Sequence record: KC295538
Length of the DNA stretch: 64,000 nt
Source: Escherichia phage PBECO4
Strand: one strand, 5' to 3'
Every line of letters starts with the position of its first letter. Position 1 is the first letter of the stretch. A program made the translations under genes and the position numbers. A model generated the notes under the pieces. That model saw nothing but the letters and a program-made list of their open reading frames with translations. It was not told the DNA's origin and did no database searches. Of this stretch, positions 46,961-54,937 are shown piece by piece.

Positions 46961-47050
46961 AGATACACTCCTGCACCCTGTGGGCTAGTGAGCTATCTCT
47001 CAATGATTATATAATAACAAAATGGCTGACCGAAGTCAACCACTTTTTTC
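46961..47050 (+). repeat. terminator-bearing repeat, copy 4 (variant)
   Basis: TACAAT-agatacactcctgcaccctgtgggct...tggctgaccgaagtcaacca + T6. Confidence 0.45.
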
Positions 47051-47052
47051 AT

Positions 47053-47187
47053 TTATTTTTTAGCTTTAAGTACTGCGGCCTTTCGTGTCATGCCTTGCTT
47101 GATGTATTCCTGTACTTTCGCTTTACGTGCTTTAGCTTTATCTGCTTTAGTTTTAGGAGTACTGTAAACTATACCGTTAGGATTCAT
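47053..47187 (-). CDS. small lysine-rich hypothetical protein (44 aa)
   Basis: ATG ORF MNPNGIVYSTPKTKADKAKARKAK... Confidence 0.35.
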   Translation of the reverse strand: MNPNGIVYSTPKTKADKAKARKAKVQEYIKQGMTRKAAVLKAKK

Positions 47188-47273
47188 TTAAATCACCATA
47201 AAGAATAGATAGGTTACTAACAACGCCGCGATCAATGCACCGACCAGGGCCGAACTGTAATAAGCTAAGGATC

Positions 47274-47426
47274 TCATTTTTTAGCCTGAAAATAATGTTT
47301 AATTTGTGCGGCGGTCAGTGCACAATTACGCAGGAAGTTTTCTGTATAACTGCGGCGAGTATTAAAAGAGAATTGACCTTTACCGTTACCGATAGTTACA
47401 TCCATCCGAGCGTTGTATTGTTTCAT
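47274..47426 (-). CDS. hypothetical protein
   Basis: Start moved to ATG at 47426 (MKQYNARMDV...) after leader hairpin. Confidence 0.5.
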   Translation of the reverse strand: MKQYNARMDVTIGNGKGQFSFNTRRSYTENFLRNCALTAAQIKHYFQAKK

Positions 47427-47444
47427 TTTGTATCTCCTGTTATC

Positions 47445-47504
47445 GGGGAGAATCATTTCTCCCCTTCATGTAAAACATTATACAGTACTAAAAACTAATT
47501 GCAA
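47445..47504 (-). promoter_or_regulatory. PeSL-like promoter + leader hairpin
   Basis: TTGCAA-N17-TATAAT then ggggagaaatgattctcccc. Confidence 0.65.
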
Positions 47505-47507
47505 GTA

Positions 47508-47750
47508 TTATTTTAAACTTTGTGCGACTAATTTCGCACGGTCAATCATATACTGCCATTTTTGGATCTCTTCTGGCAGAAAACGATATTCACCAATAAC
47601 AATAGTGATACACTTTTCAGCTTGGTCAATGTATGTAGTATCAATCTCGACTTGAACGGGTACACGTTCGCCGTATTCAGTCCCTGGGATAATGCAATCA
47701 TTATCATAAGTTACAGTAGTAGTAGTGTCTTTGATTAAAATTGTTTCCAT
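47508..47750 (-). CDS. hypothetical protein
   Basis: 80 aa ORF. Confidence 0.55.
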   Translation of the reverse strand: METILIKDTTTTVTYDNDCIIPGTEYGERVPVQVEIDTTYIDQAEKCITIVIGEYRFLPEEIQKWQYMIDRAKLVAQSLK

Positions 47751-47774
47751 TATACTTTCCTCGTTAGGTGTAAG

Positions 47775-47828
47775 GGGAACGTTTTCCCCTTCATGTAAAA
47801 CATTATACAGTACTGAAAACTAATTGCA
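47775..47828 (-). promoter_or_regulatory. PeSL-like promoter + leader hairpin
   Basis: TTGCAA..TATAAT then ggggaaaacgttcccc. Confidence 0.6.
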
Positions 47829-48029
47829 AGTACTTTCCGAAAGTAAATGCTCATACGCTGCATTAACTACATTTTCAATAACCGACTGTACAGAAAGATC
47901 CCCCACGTCCTGGCTATAGTAGAAATTGCTTACAGTGGTGTCATCGTATGCAAATACTTTACCAGGTACTGCATCAATCACATACATATTAACCTTTAAG
48001 ATGTCGATCTTATCCTGTACAGTAAGCAT
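47820..48029 (-). CDS. hypothetical protein
   Basis: 69 aa ORF. Confidence 0.55.
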   Translation of the reverse strand: MLTVQDKIDILKVNMYVIDAVPGKVFAYDDTTVSNFYYSQDVGDLSVQSVIENVVNAAYEHLLSESTCN

Positions 48030-48034
48030 ATTAA

Positions 48035-48307
48035 TTAACCTTTTAAGTACTGGCTTAAGTAGTCTTTTTGATCTTCGGTGATTGCAGTCATCTTCCCTAG
48101 TACTGGATTGATGATATAATCCCCTGTAACGTCCTGTAACGCATTCTCAGGCGGTTTAACGGCTGGGGTAGCCATAGCCATTGCCTGGACTTGTTCGACG
48201 CTGTAACGCTCATAAAGGCGGCATTCTTCCGGTGTTAACATAGCATCAGTACGCTTCATCGGTTTAATGATGCTTTCGATCTCATTCAGTACTTGATTAA
48301 CGTTCAT
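48035..48307 (-). CDS. hypothetical protein
   Basis: 90 aa ORF. Confidence 0.55.
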   Translation of the reverse strand: MNVNQVLNEIESIIKPMKRTDAMLTPEECRLYERYSVEQVQAMAMATPAVKPPENALQDVTGDYIINPVLGKMTAITEDQKDYLSQYLKG

Positions 48308-48358
48308 GGTATAATCCCCAATATAAGCGGCCTAAATCGACCGCTAACGATGTTTTGA

Positions 48359-48628
48359 TTAATAGGTGTAAGGTTGACGCTCAAACAATGATTGTACGCT
48401 GTACGCCCCGCTAATGGGCTTCGCTGGCAAATCAATTTTATATTGTTCACGCTTAAAGATAATAAAACGGCAATTGTTTTTAACATCAAAATTGATTGAA
48501 CGTTCCAGGAGTTTTCCATCGTGCACAAATACAAGATAACCGCTTGGTACTTGTTTTGTAGAACTGGTTGCAACCATAGACCGACGAACATGTGTACCTG
48601 CATCGATTAAAGTACTGATATTTTTCAT
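48359..48628 (-). CDS. hypothetical protein
   Basis: 89 aa ORF; GAGGA SD; preferred over overlapping alternative frame. Confidence 0.55.
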   Translation of the reverse strand: MKNISTLIDAGTHVRRSMVATSSTKQVPSGYLVFVHDGKLLERSINFDVKNNCRFIIFKREQYKIDLPAKPISGAYSVQSLFERQPYTY

Positions 48629-48708
48629 TTTACTATCCTCTTAAGTTGATTTAATTTCTTTCCCCTATGCAGACACTGTATCAAAGTATCTGCATAAAGT
48701 AAAGCTAA

Positions 48709-49032
48709 TTAAAGATCTTTTTTACGTTTTACATCCTGTACAGTACAATGCAACGGGATAGACAAATCATTACACAAACGAGTAAGGGAGGTTTCAACAG
48801 TATCAAGCCCGTCTACTGATTCCTTTAAGAGATCAAACGCCGTTTGTTGATATGCATCTTCATAGCCATAAGTAAATGATTCAACCGCCAGATCATTCAA
48901 ACCGTTATCCAGTTCAACGCTTACATGACAAGAATGATAAGTATTGCCATATGAATCAGTCCAACGTTTACCGTCAACATTGATTGCATGGATTGCAGCC
49001 AGGGAAACGGTATTGATGATAGTTTTAGCCAT
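48709..49032 (-). CDS. hypothetical protein (paralog of 41939..42262)
   Basis: 107 aa; shared RWTDSYGNTYHSCHVS and DVKRKKD. Confidence 0.65.
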   Translation of the reverse strand: MAKTIINTVSLAAIHAINVDGKRWTDSYGNTYHSCHVSVELDNGLNDLAVESFTYGYEDAYQQTAFDLLKESVDGLDTVETSLTRLCNDLSIPLHCTVQDVKRKKDL

Positions 49033-49123
49033 TTTAGTATTCCTTAAATTAATATGTGTCGTCTTGATAAAATCTATTATGCCAGTACTATCAAACTATG
49101 TCAATAGTACTGTGATAATATTT

Positions 49124-49336
49124 TTACTTACTTTCTTTCGCTGCTTTATATGTTGCCACTGCCATAACCACATCAGCACGAACAAAGTTTTTAACCGTGT
49201 CACTGTAATAATTGATCGCATCATCTATATCTGCGAACGTCCGATACATACCGCACCAAGATACTTTATAACCTTCTTTCACTTCTGCCAGTTTAACGAT
49301 AGTCTTGTTAACTTTGATTTTAGTAATGATAGCCAT
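49124..49336 (-). CDS. hypothetical protein
   Basis: Start moved to ATG at 49336 (MAIITKIKV...). Confidence 0.55.
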   Translation of the reverse strand: MAIITKIKVNKTIVKLAEVKEGYKVSWCGMYRTFADIDDAINYYSDTVKNFVRADVVMAVATYKAAKESK

Positions 49337-49355
49337 TTTAGTTTCCTCATTATCA

Positions 49356-49414
49356 GGGAGAACCATTTCTCCCCTTGATGTAATGTATTATACTTTATTC
49401 GATTTACTTTGCAA
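49356..49414 (-). promoter_or_regulatory. PeSL-like promoter + leader hairpin
   Basis: TTGCAA..TATAAT then ggggagaaatggttctccc. Confidence 0.6.
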
Positions 49415-49423
49415 GTACTTTTT

Positions 49424-49651
49424 TTAATTTAATTCATCCAGGCAAAGGATACGCTCAACGCCCAAATCAGTTAAACTAATCGACGGCACTTGATAGGTTT
49501 CAATGTATGCTACACTTGCCCACTGACCGAACTCATTAACGGCCCAGGTATTCATTGCATTTTGCAATTCCGCACCTGCCTTGTTAGTAATGACTGCAAC
49601 TACTTGTTCGTTGCCAGTAGTACCAGATACGCGAGTAATGATAATAGCCAT
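49424..49651 (-). CDS. hypothetical protein
   Basis: Start moved to ATG at 49651 (MAIIITRVSG...). Confidence 0.55.
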   Translation of the reverse strand: MAIIITRVSGTTGNEQVVAVITNKAGAELQNAMNTWAVNEFGQWASVAYIETYQVPSISLTDLGVERILCLDELN

Positions 49652-49674
49652 TGTTTTGATTCCTTTGATTTGGA

Positions 49675-49734
49675 AGGAGAACCGTTTCCCCCTCTCGATG
49701 TAAAACATTATACGCTAATCTCTTAATCGTGCAA
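49675..49734 (-). promoter_or_regulatory. PeSL-like promoter + leader hairpin
   Basis: promoter then gagggggaaacggttctcc hairpin. Confidence 0.6.
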
Positions 49735-49893
49735 GTACTTTTTATTACTTTTTGCAAAATACTTTAAACGCTCTCAATCGCATTCTAACGACCTTAACGC
49801 CACCAGCTAGGGCGATGTATCAGATAATCAGTTTAATGCGTTAGAATCGATTCTAGGCGGTGCTGGTGGACTGGAATACTACAGACACAAAAA

Positions 49894-49915
49894 AGCCCAC
49901 TGTTTAAGGTGGGCT
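49894..49915 (-). terminator. intrinsic terminator
   Basis: agcccaccttaaacagtgggct + T6 on minus strand; identical copy at 50628-50649. Confidence 0.65.
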
Positions 49916-49936
49916 AGTGATTCAGTACTTTAATTG

Positions 49937-50434
49937 TTATGCTTCAACTTTGCGATGAGCTTCGATCCATTCCTCGCGAGTCATACCGCTTTCTTTGATA
50001 GCGTCCAGTACTACCGCAATGCAGTTACCGCGTACAGGAATCATATGTTCTTCCCCGTTATCAAGTACTACAGTAACACGTTCTTGAATCCATTTTTTAG
50101 GTTTAGATTCTGGCTTATCTTCACCATACTTAACCGCCAGGGCTTTATGTGCCATTTCTACAACTACTTCCAGATCCAATCCAGCCACCGCCGCCTGGAT
50201 ACTTTCGATTGTTGCTTGCAGTTCGGCTTCACGGGCTTTTTTCTGTTCTTCCAGTTCTGCTACCTTTTTGGCTTGCAGTTCTTTAGCTTCACTGTACGCA
50301 ATGTTAAAATTGTTGCGTACTGCTTTCATGGTATCGTTATCCAGGTCAGCCAACAATTCAGCAGCAATAACAGTATCGTTTGAAATCAGTGCTTTCAGGA
50401 ATGATTTTACATTAGCCATTTTATAAATCCTCAA
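49937..50434 (-). CDS. hypothetical protein (predicted coiled-coil, basic C-terminal region)
   Basis: 165 aa ORF; heptad-like AELEEQKKAREAELQATIESIQ. Confidence 0.6.
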   Translation of the reverse strand: MRIYKMANVKSFLKALISNDTVIAAELLADLDNDTMKAVRNNFNIAYSEAKELQAKKVAELEEQKKAREAELQATIESIQAAVAGLDLEVVVEMAHKALAVKYGEDKPESKPKKWIQERVTVVLDNGEEHMIPVRGNCIAVVLDAIKESGMTREEWIEAHRKVEA

Positions 50435-50454
50435 TTAAAGTTTAGTTTACGTTT

Positions 50455-50555
50455 ATTAGTGTATCAAAGTTTTATCGACGTGTCCAGTTTTTCGTTCGAC
50501 TTACTGGCGGTCTACTTAGTGCTCCCCGTCTTGATGTAATACATTCTACGCCTTT
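50455..50555 (-). promoter_or_regulatory. long conserved 5'-leader element (copy 2, variant)
   Basis: gtccagtttttcgttcgacttactggcggtctacttagtgctccccgtcttgatgtaatacattctac. Confidence 0.4.
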
Positions 50556-50627
50556 TTGTGGTAATGTCAACTACTATTTTAAAACTATTTTTAAAGTATG
50601 CAGTACTACGATAATACAAAAACAAAA

Positions 50628-50649
50628 AAGCCCACTGTTTAAGGTGGGC
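50628..50649 (-). terminator. intrinsic terminator
   Basis: same hairpin + T-run as 49894-49915. Confidence 0.65.
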
Positions 50650-50667
50650 TAGTGATTCAGTACTATA

Positions 50668-50967
50668 TTATAAACAGTTAATTACTCCGGTGTGCGTTAC
50701 TTTCTCAGTATCCATAACCGTGACCGATCCACGCTTAGTACTTACATCGTAATAAATTGTCGTGCTACCTTTTTCGTCTTCTTCATGGAACGGGCCGCTT
50801 TTAAATGCTTCTGGCTGGATCTCTAAATCCTTTAAAACAATCTCGCCAGTACTTTCATCTGTCATCGCAACAGTGCACTGAATGAATTTTTCACTACTTA
50901 CATCTAACGACGCATTAACAGCGAAAGAGGAAACAGATAAAGCCAGGGCGATGATTGCAATTTTCAT
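50668..50967 (-). CDS. exported small protein (signal peptide)
   Basis: MKIAIIALALSVSSFAVNA / SLD: hydrophobic core with AxA-type cleavage motif. Confidence 0.6.
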   Translation of the reverse strand: MKIAIIALALSVSSFAVNASLDVSSEKFIQCTVAMTDESTGEIVLKDLEIQPEAFKSGPFHEEDEKGSTTIYYDVSTKRGSVTVMDTEKVTHTGVINCL

Positions 50968-50987
50968 TTGATTATCCTTAGTTACCA

Positions 50988-51046
50988 GGGGGAACCGCTC
51001 CCCCGTGCGATGTAAAATATTGTACAGTACTAAAAACTAATTGCAA
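50988..51046 (-). promoter_or_regulatory. PeSL-like promoter + leader hairpin
   Basis: TTGCAA..TACAAT then gggggagcggttccccc. Confidence 0.6.
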
Positions 51047-51051
51047 GTACT

Positions 51052-51288
51052 TTATGATTTTTTATAAAACATTTCGGCAGTAATATTTTTACCCGTTGGT
51101 TGTACTTTATCCAGAATTTTTTGATGCCCTGGCCGTCCAAATGAATATGATCCGTAAACCGTAAACCAGTAGTTACCCTCAGTGTTTACATGTACAGCAC
51201 AATAGGGAACGCCCCGCGATTCATCACCAATAAAGTGTGATACCGTTCCCGTTACATTAGCAGACGTTGATTTGATTTGTTCAAGCAT
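51052..51288 (-). CDS. hypothetical protein
   Basis: 78 aa ORF. Confidence 0.55.
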   Translation of the reverse strand: MLEQIKSTSANVTGTVSHFIGDESRGVPYCAVHVNTEGNYWFTVYGSYSFGRPGHQKILDKVQPTGKNITAEMFYKKS

Positions 51289-51309
51289 TTTCTTATTCCT
51301 TAGTTACCA

Positions 51310-51363
51310 GGGGGAACCGCTCCCCCTATGCAAAACATTATACGCGTTTAAAAACTAATAGCA
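51310..51363 (-). promoter_or_regulatory. PeSL-like promoter + leader hairpin
   Basis: promoter then gggggagcggttccccc. Confidence 0.55.
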
Positions 51364-51397
51364 AGTATTTTAATAAAAAGTATTTGAAAAATAATTG

Positions 51398-51426
51398 TTG
51401 ACAACTGCATCCAGTACTGGCATAAT
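51398..51426 (+). promoter_or_regulatory. plus-strand sigma70-like promoter (antisense to flanking genes)
   Basis: TTGACA-N17-CATAAT, reading into ..ctaacccaccgggtgc.. element. Confidence 0.5.
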
Positions 51427-51506
51427 TACTACATCAAGACGAAACAGTCACTAACCCACCGGGTGCCGAGATCCGTCTATTAAATGATTCAGTACTTAAC
51501 AATAAA

Positions 51507-51524
51507 GGGGATCAATCGATCCCC
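51507..51524 (-). terminator. intrinsic terminator
   Basis: ggggatcaatcgatcccc perfect palindrome + T-run on minus strand. Confidence 0.55.
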
Positions 51525-51530
51525 TATGTA

Positions 51531-51752
51531 TTACTTAGTAAGGTATAAACAGAAGTCACCTTTATTTGCTACGCCGCCAGTGTAACGCGATGAATAGTTA
51601 GAAACGTCCTGGACTTCTGCTATTACCAGTGTATCATCATTCAATTCGTCGCAGAAGCAAACGGCTGGATCTTTTACGCCGATCTTGTCGGCATGTTCCC
51701 GCATAGATTTAACCAGTGCTTCCAGTTGAGAAAGAGTAGTGATATTAGCCAT
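51531..51752 (-). CDS. hypothetical protein
   Basis: Start moved to ATG at 51752 (MANITTL...). Confidence 0.55.
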   Translation of the reverse strand: MANITTLSQLEALVKSMREHADKIGVKDPAVCFCDELNDDTLVIAEVQDVSNYSSRYTGGVANKGDFCLYLTK

Positions 51753-51771
51753 TGTATTTTCCTCATTACCA

Positions 51772-51830
51772 GGGAGAACCATTTCTCCCCTCTATGTAAA
51801 CTATTATACAGTACTGAAAACTAATTGCAA
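51772..51830 (-). promoter_or_regulatory. PeSL-like promoter + leader hairpin
   Basis: TTGCAA-N16-TATAAT then ggggagaaatggttctccc. Confidence 0.65.
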
Positions 51831-51836
51831 GTACTT

Positions 51837-52025
51837 TTAATTAAATTCCATAAAATCATTCTCAACGTGCACAACAATTTGATTGTTTTTAAAGTCCGCA
51901 GCGAACTCGATGCAATCATAAACCGCTTTTTGTGTTACAATGCTATGAGTACCAATCGGATTAATAGGGGATTGAATTGTTTCAATCTCGTTCCCTTGCT
52001 CATTAACAATTAAAATATTAAACAT
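51837..52025 (-). CDS. hypothetical protein
   Basis: 62 aa ORF. Confidence 0.5.
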   Translation of the reverse strand: MFNILIVNEQGNEIETIQSPINPIGTHSIVTQKAVYDCIEFAADFKNNQIVVHVENDFMEFN

Positions 52026-52081
52026 CGCTGTTACTCCTGGGTAGTGTTAACTCGATATAAAGTATTATACGCCTTTATTGC

Positions 52082-52288
52082 TTAGTGTCCAGTACTTTTT
52101 AAAACATATTCATAAACACTACGCACATCATTGATCATCGCCTGGCGGTTAGCAGGTAACGCACCAGGATCGCCACTATCCCAGGCATTGATAAAACTCC
52201 CCAAATCATGAAAGATTTTATTCTGTAAGCCGATTAACTGCAATTCTTTTTCTTCAAGCTCTTTGATACGGTCAATTAAAAGACTCAT
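52082..52288 (-). CDS. hypothetical protein
   Basis: Start moved to ATG at 52288 (MSLLIDRIKE...); GAGGAttatctaATG context shared with next gene. Confidence 0.55.
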   Translation of the reverse strand: MSLLIDRIKELEEKELQLIGLQNKIFHDLGSFINAWDSGDPGALPANRQAMINDVRSVYEYVLKSTGH

Positions 52289-52305
52289 TAGATAATCCTC
52301 AGTAC

Positions 52306-52593
52306 TTAATTGTAAGATCCGCAACGGTTACAATAGTGCCCGTCTTCCTCGTCATCGTCAACGAATTGACCGACGAAATTATCTACTTTCTCTTTGAGAT
52401 TCTGATAATTGTTTTCAACTTCCTTTAGACGTTCCTGGTAGTATTCCAGGGCTTGCACATACGCCGCCTCAGCCGTTTTCGCTCTTAAGGCTAAATTCAT
52501 GCCACGCGTTTCATCGTACATCCAAAAGCCATCGGTGCACTCACTGATTGACAATGATTTGGTTAACACTTTATAGTCAATTACTTTGCTCAT
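52306..52593 (-). CDS. hypothetical protein
   Basis: Start moved to ATG at 52593 (MSKVIDYKV...) after ggcgggtgtggttcccgcc hairpin. Confidence 0.55.
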   Translation of the reverse strand: MSKVIDYKVLTKSLSISECTDGFWMYDETRGMNLALRAKTAEAAYVQALEYYQERLKEVENNYQNLKEKVDNFVGQFVDDDEEDGHYCNRCGSYN

Positions 52594-52649
52594 TAGATAA
52601 TCCTCAGTAAAGGCGGGAACCACACCCGCCATTGATTCAGTACTGAATG

Positions 52650-52889
52650 TTACATTCCAACCATTGCAGCACGGATCGCCGTAGTGCTATACTTGAATCC
52701 GTCCGGTGTTGTAGTAGTACCGTTGGCTTTTAATCTGCGGTACATACATTGGGCCGCAATATCTTTAGTTTTACATTGTGCGATGCAACTTTGAGCAAGC
52801 CGATATAATGACTCACCGTTATTAATCCACAATGAAACATTCCAATGAGTTTTGTTTTTGTGCCCGTTGTAAGTTTTAGTAGTAGCCAT
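52650..52889 (-). CDS. hypothetical protein (paralog of 54698..54937)
   Basis: 79 aa; shared GHKNKTHWNVSLWINN and TPDGFKYSTTAIRAAMVGM. Confidence 0.65.
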   Translation of the reverse strand: MATTKTYNGHKNKTHWNVSLWINNGESLYRLAQSCIAQCKTKDIAAQCMYRRLKANGTTTTPDGFKYSTTAIRAAMVGM

Positions 52890-52911
52890 TTTTAAATCCT
52901 CGTTTAATTGA

Positions 52912-52973
52912 GCGGGAGAACCATTCCCCCGCCTCGATATAAAGTATTATACGCTTTTAAACTTAGTTTGCAA
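52912..52973 (-). promoter_or_regulatory. PeSL-like promoter + leader hairpin
   Basis: TTGCAA..TATAAT then gcgggggaatggttctcccgc. Confidence 0.65.
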
Positions 52974-52985
52974 GTACTTTTTAAA

Positions 52986-53597
52986 TTAATATGCGATTGA
53001 TTCTACTACGTCATCAATAACATTGAATTGATACTCGTTACCCTCGATCAGTGCCGTGATGTTCTCAGTAGTGAATTGATCCTCATATGCATTCTCTAAA
53101 TCACGGTACAACTTGCGGGACAATTCACGAATAGTATCAGTGAGTAGTTCCTCAAGCTCATTAACTAACGTTTCTTGTTTTGCGGTTAAATCAGTGTAAG
53201 CCGATTCAATGTACCCGCTTACAGTATTCTCATGCGAGTAGTGGGAGTGCGAACGCTTTACACTCATCGCCAAATCATCTTCATTCAGCAAGTGACGGAT
53301 TGAGCGATACTTAGTTAATGCTCTTACCTTGCGTAAAAACTTCACTGCGTCAACGTGGTCAGTACTGATTGATGCACCGTCACCCTGGGACCAAAAACCA
53401 CTGAATTGTATTTCAGCTTCATTAATGCCATATTCCGGTAGTACTGTTTCTTTATAGTATTCAATTTCACTTTCAGAAAAATAATTGTCGTTTGAGTTTT
53501 TTTCACGTTCCCGAACCAGTTCGATAGCTGACGTTTGTTGTTCTGCGTTCAATTCAGAAAAATCCATAACGAAAGTAGTAGTAGTGATAGTTTTCAT
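52986..53597 (-). CDS. hypothetical protein
   Basis: 203 aa ORF; largest gene of cassette region. Confidence 0.6.
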   Translation of the reverse strand: MKTITTTTFVMDFSELNAEQQTSAIELVREREKNSNDNYFSESEIEYYKETVLPEYGINEAEIQFSGFWSQGDGASISTDHVDAVKFLRKVRALTKYRSIRHLLNEDDLAMSVKRSHSHYSHENTVSGYIESAYTDLTAKQETLVNELEELLTDTIRELSRKLYRDLENAYEDQFTTENITALIEGNEYQFNVIDDVVESIAY

Positions 53598-53652
53598 TTT
53601 GTAACCCTCATTCAGTAGTTGATGTAAGTATTATACGCTTTTAAAAACATTT

Positions 53653-53760
53653 GTCAAACTATTTTATCAGGGGAGTTTTTCGTGTGCCTTACTCCTGGGC
53701 TACTTAACGGGAAGTTACTTATTTCGTTCCCCGTCCTGATGTAAAACATTATACGCCTTT
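53653..53760 (-). promoter_or_regulatory. long conserved 5'-leader element (copy 3) with tandem promoters
   Basis: near-identical to 42962-43060; second TTGACA..TATAAT promoter closer to the ATG. Confidence 0.5.
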
Positions 53761-53818
53761 AAACATAGTTTGCAAGTACTTTTTAAAAATAGTTTTCAGT
53801 ACTGAATATTAAAAAAGT

Positions 53819-53847
53819 ATTGACAGCATTATCAAGTACTGGCATAA
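53819..53847 (+). promoter_or_regulatory. plus-strand sigma70-like promoter
   Basis: TTGACA-N17-CATAAT; convergent with a minus-strand TTGACT..CATAAT promoter ~100 bp away. Confidence 0.5.
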
Positions 53848-54022
53848 TATACCACATGACAACAGCTAACCCACCGGGTGCACAATTGTAACTATACTAA
53901 ACTAATTTTTCTATAGATACACTCCCGCACCCTATGGGCTACGGCTTATCTGCCAATGAATACATTATGCCAGTACTGACAAAATAAGTCAATACCGGCA
54001 ATTGTAAAGATTTGTAAACTAC

Positions 54023-54253
54023 TTATACTGCAATCGCGTCCAGGCTATAATAATAATAAGTGCCGTATTGGTGTACTTTATTACCTTTTATTTCAGTACT
54101 GAATGAATCCGAACGATTTGCATATGATGTTAATTTAAAGTACTTTGATTTGCTGATACGTTGCCATACACCACAGATCCGCTGTAAGTAAGTAGTTTTA
54201 TTCGTGGTAGTATCTTTTACGGTTTTAACTTCAGTCATATACATATTAGTCAT
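54023..54253 (-). CDS. hypothetical protein
   Basis: 76 aa ORF. Confidence 0.55.
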   Translation of the reverse strand: MTNMYMTEVKTVKDTTTNKTTYLQRICGVWQRISKSKYFKLTSYANRSDSFSTEIKGNKVHQYGTYYYYSLDAIAV

Positions 54254-54273
54254 TTTTATTACTCCAGGTTATA

Positions 54274-54333
54274 GGCGGGAAGAGTTCCCGCTCTCGATGT
54301 AAAACATTATACGCCTTTAAACATAGTTTGCAA
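54274..54333 (-). promoter_or_regulatory. PeSL-like promoter + leader hairpin
   Basis: TTGCAA..TATAAT then gcgggaactcttcccgcc. Confidence 0.65.
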
Positions 54334-54340
54334 GTACTTT

Positions 54341-54607
54341 TTATTCAAGTACTGCAATCTTTTTAGTACGGTACACGGTCACGCGGTTGCCCTTTCGGTC
54401 GAGCTTTATTTCTACCACTCGACGCGATACACTATCGGGACTTTTTAAGGCCGCTAACCAGTACTGTAATGATCTGGCTGTACTACGCTTTACAATGGCC
54501 CAACGTTTACCACGTTCCGATTGTACGCCCATATCTTTAAACGTTGCCCCGTCCTGGCGTGCGGCGATCCGAGCTTGTTCACGCGTCGCAAAATACTTAA
54601 TATTCAT
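54341..54607 (-). CDS. hypothetical protein (paralog of 41448..41843)
   Basis: Start moved to ATG at 54607 (MNIKYFATREQ...). Confidence 0.65.
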   Translation of the reverse strand: MNIKYFATREQARIAARQDGATFKDMGVQSERGKRWAIVKRSTARSLQYWLAALKSPDSVSRRVVEIKLDRKGNRVTVYRTKKIAVLE

Positions 54608-54697
54608 GCTGTTGCCCTTATCGTTGGTGTATGAATAAAACACTATTATAAAGTACTATCGCAAAAAATGATAGTACTTTAAATAAATTCTATTCTA

Positions 54698-54937
54698 TTA
54701 CATTCCAACCATCGCCGCACGGATCGCAGTAGTGCTATACTTAAAGCCGTCCGGTGTTTTATCTTGTCCAGTCTGTTCTAAAAATAGCATCATATGACGG
54801 GCCGCATCATTACGATTAGTATTGGCGGCAATAAAGTCCTGGGCCAACCGATACAATCCCTCATCGTTATTAATCCAAAGGCTTACATTCCAATGAGTTT
54901 TGTTTTTGTGACCTAAGAACATTTTTGATTTAGCCAT
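54698..54937 (-). CDS. hypothetical protein (paralog of 52650..52889)
   Basis: Start moved to ATG at 54937 (MAKSKMFLGHKNK...). Confidence 0.65.
   Translation of the reverse strand: MAKSKMFLGHKNKTHWNVSLWINNDEGLYRLAQDFIAANTNRNDAARHMMLFLEQTGQDKTPDGFKYSTTAIRAAMVGM

Noticed and set aside
49937-50434. Calling 49937..50434 an H-NS-like or histone-like DNA-binding protein
   Set aside because: It is coiled-coil rich with a basic C-terminal region, but I could not find a recognisable H-NS DNA-binding motif; left as hypothetical.
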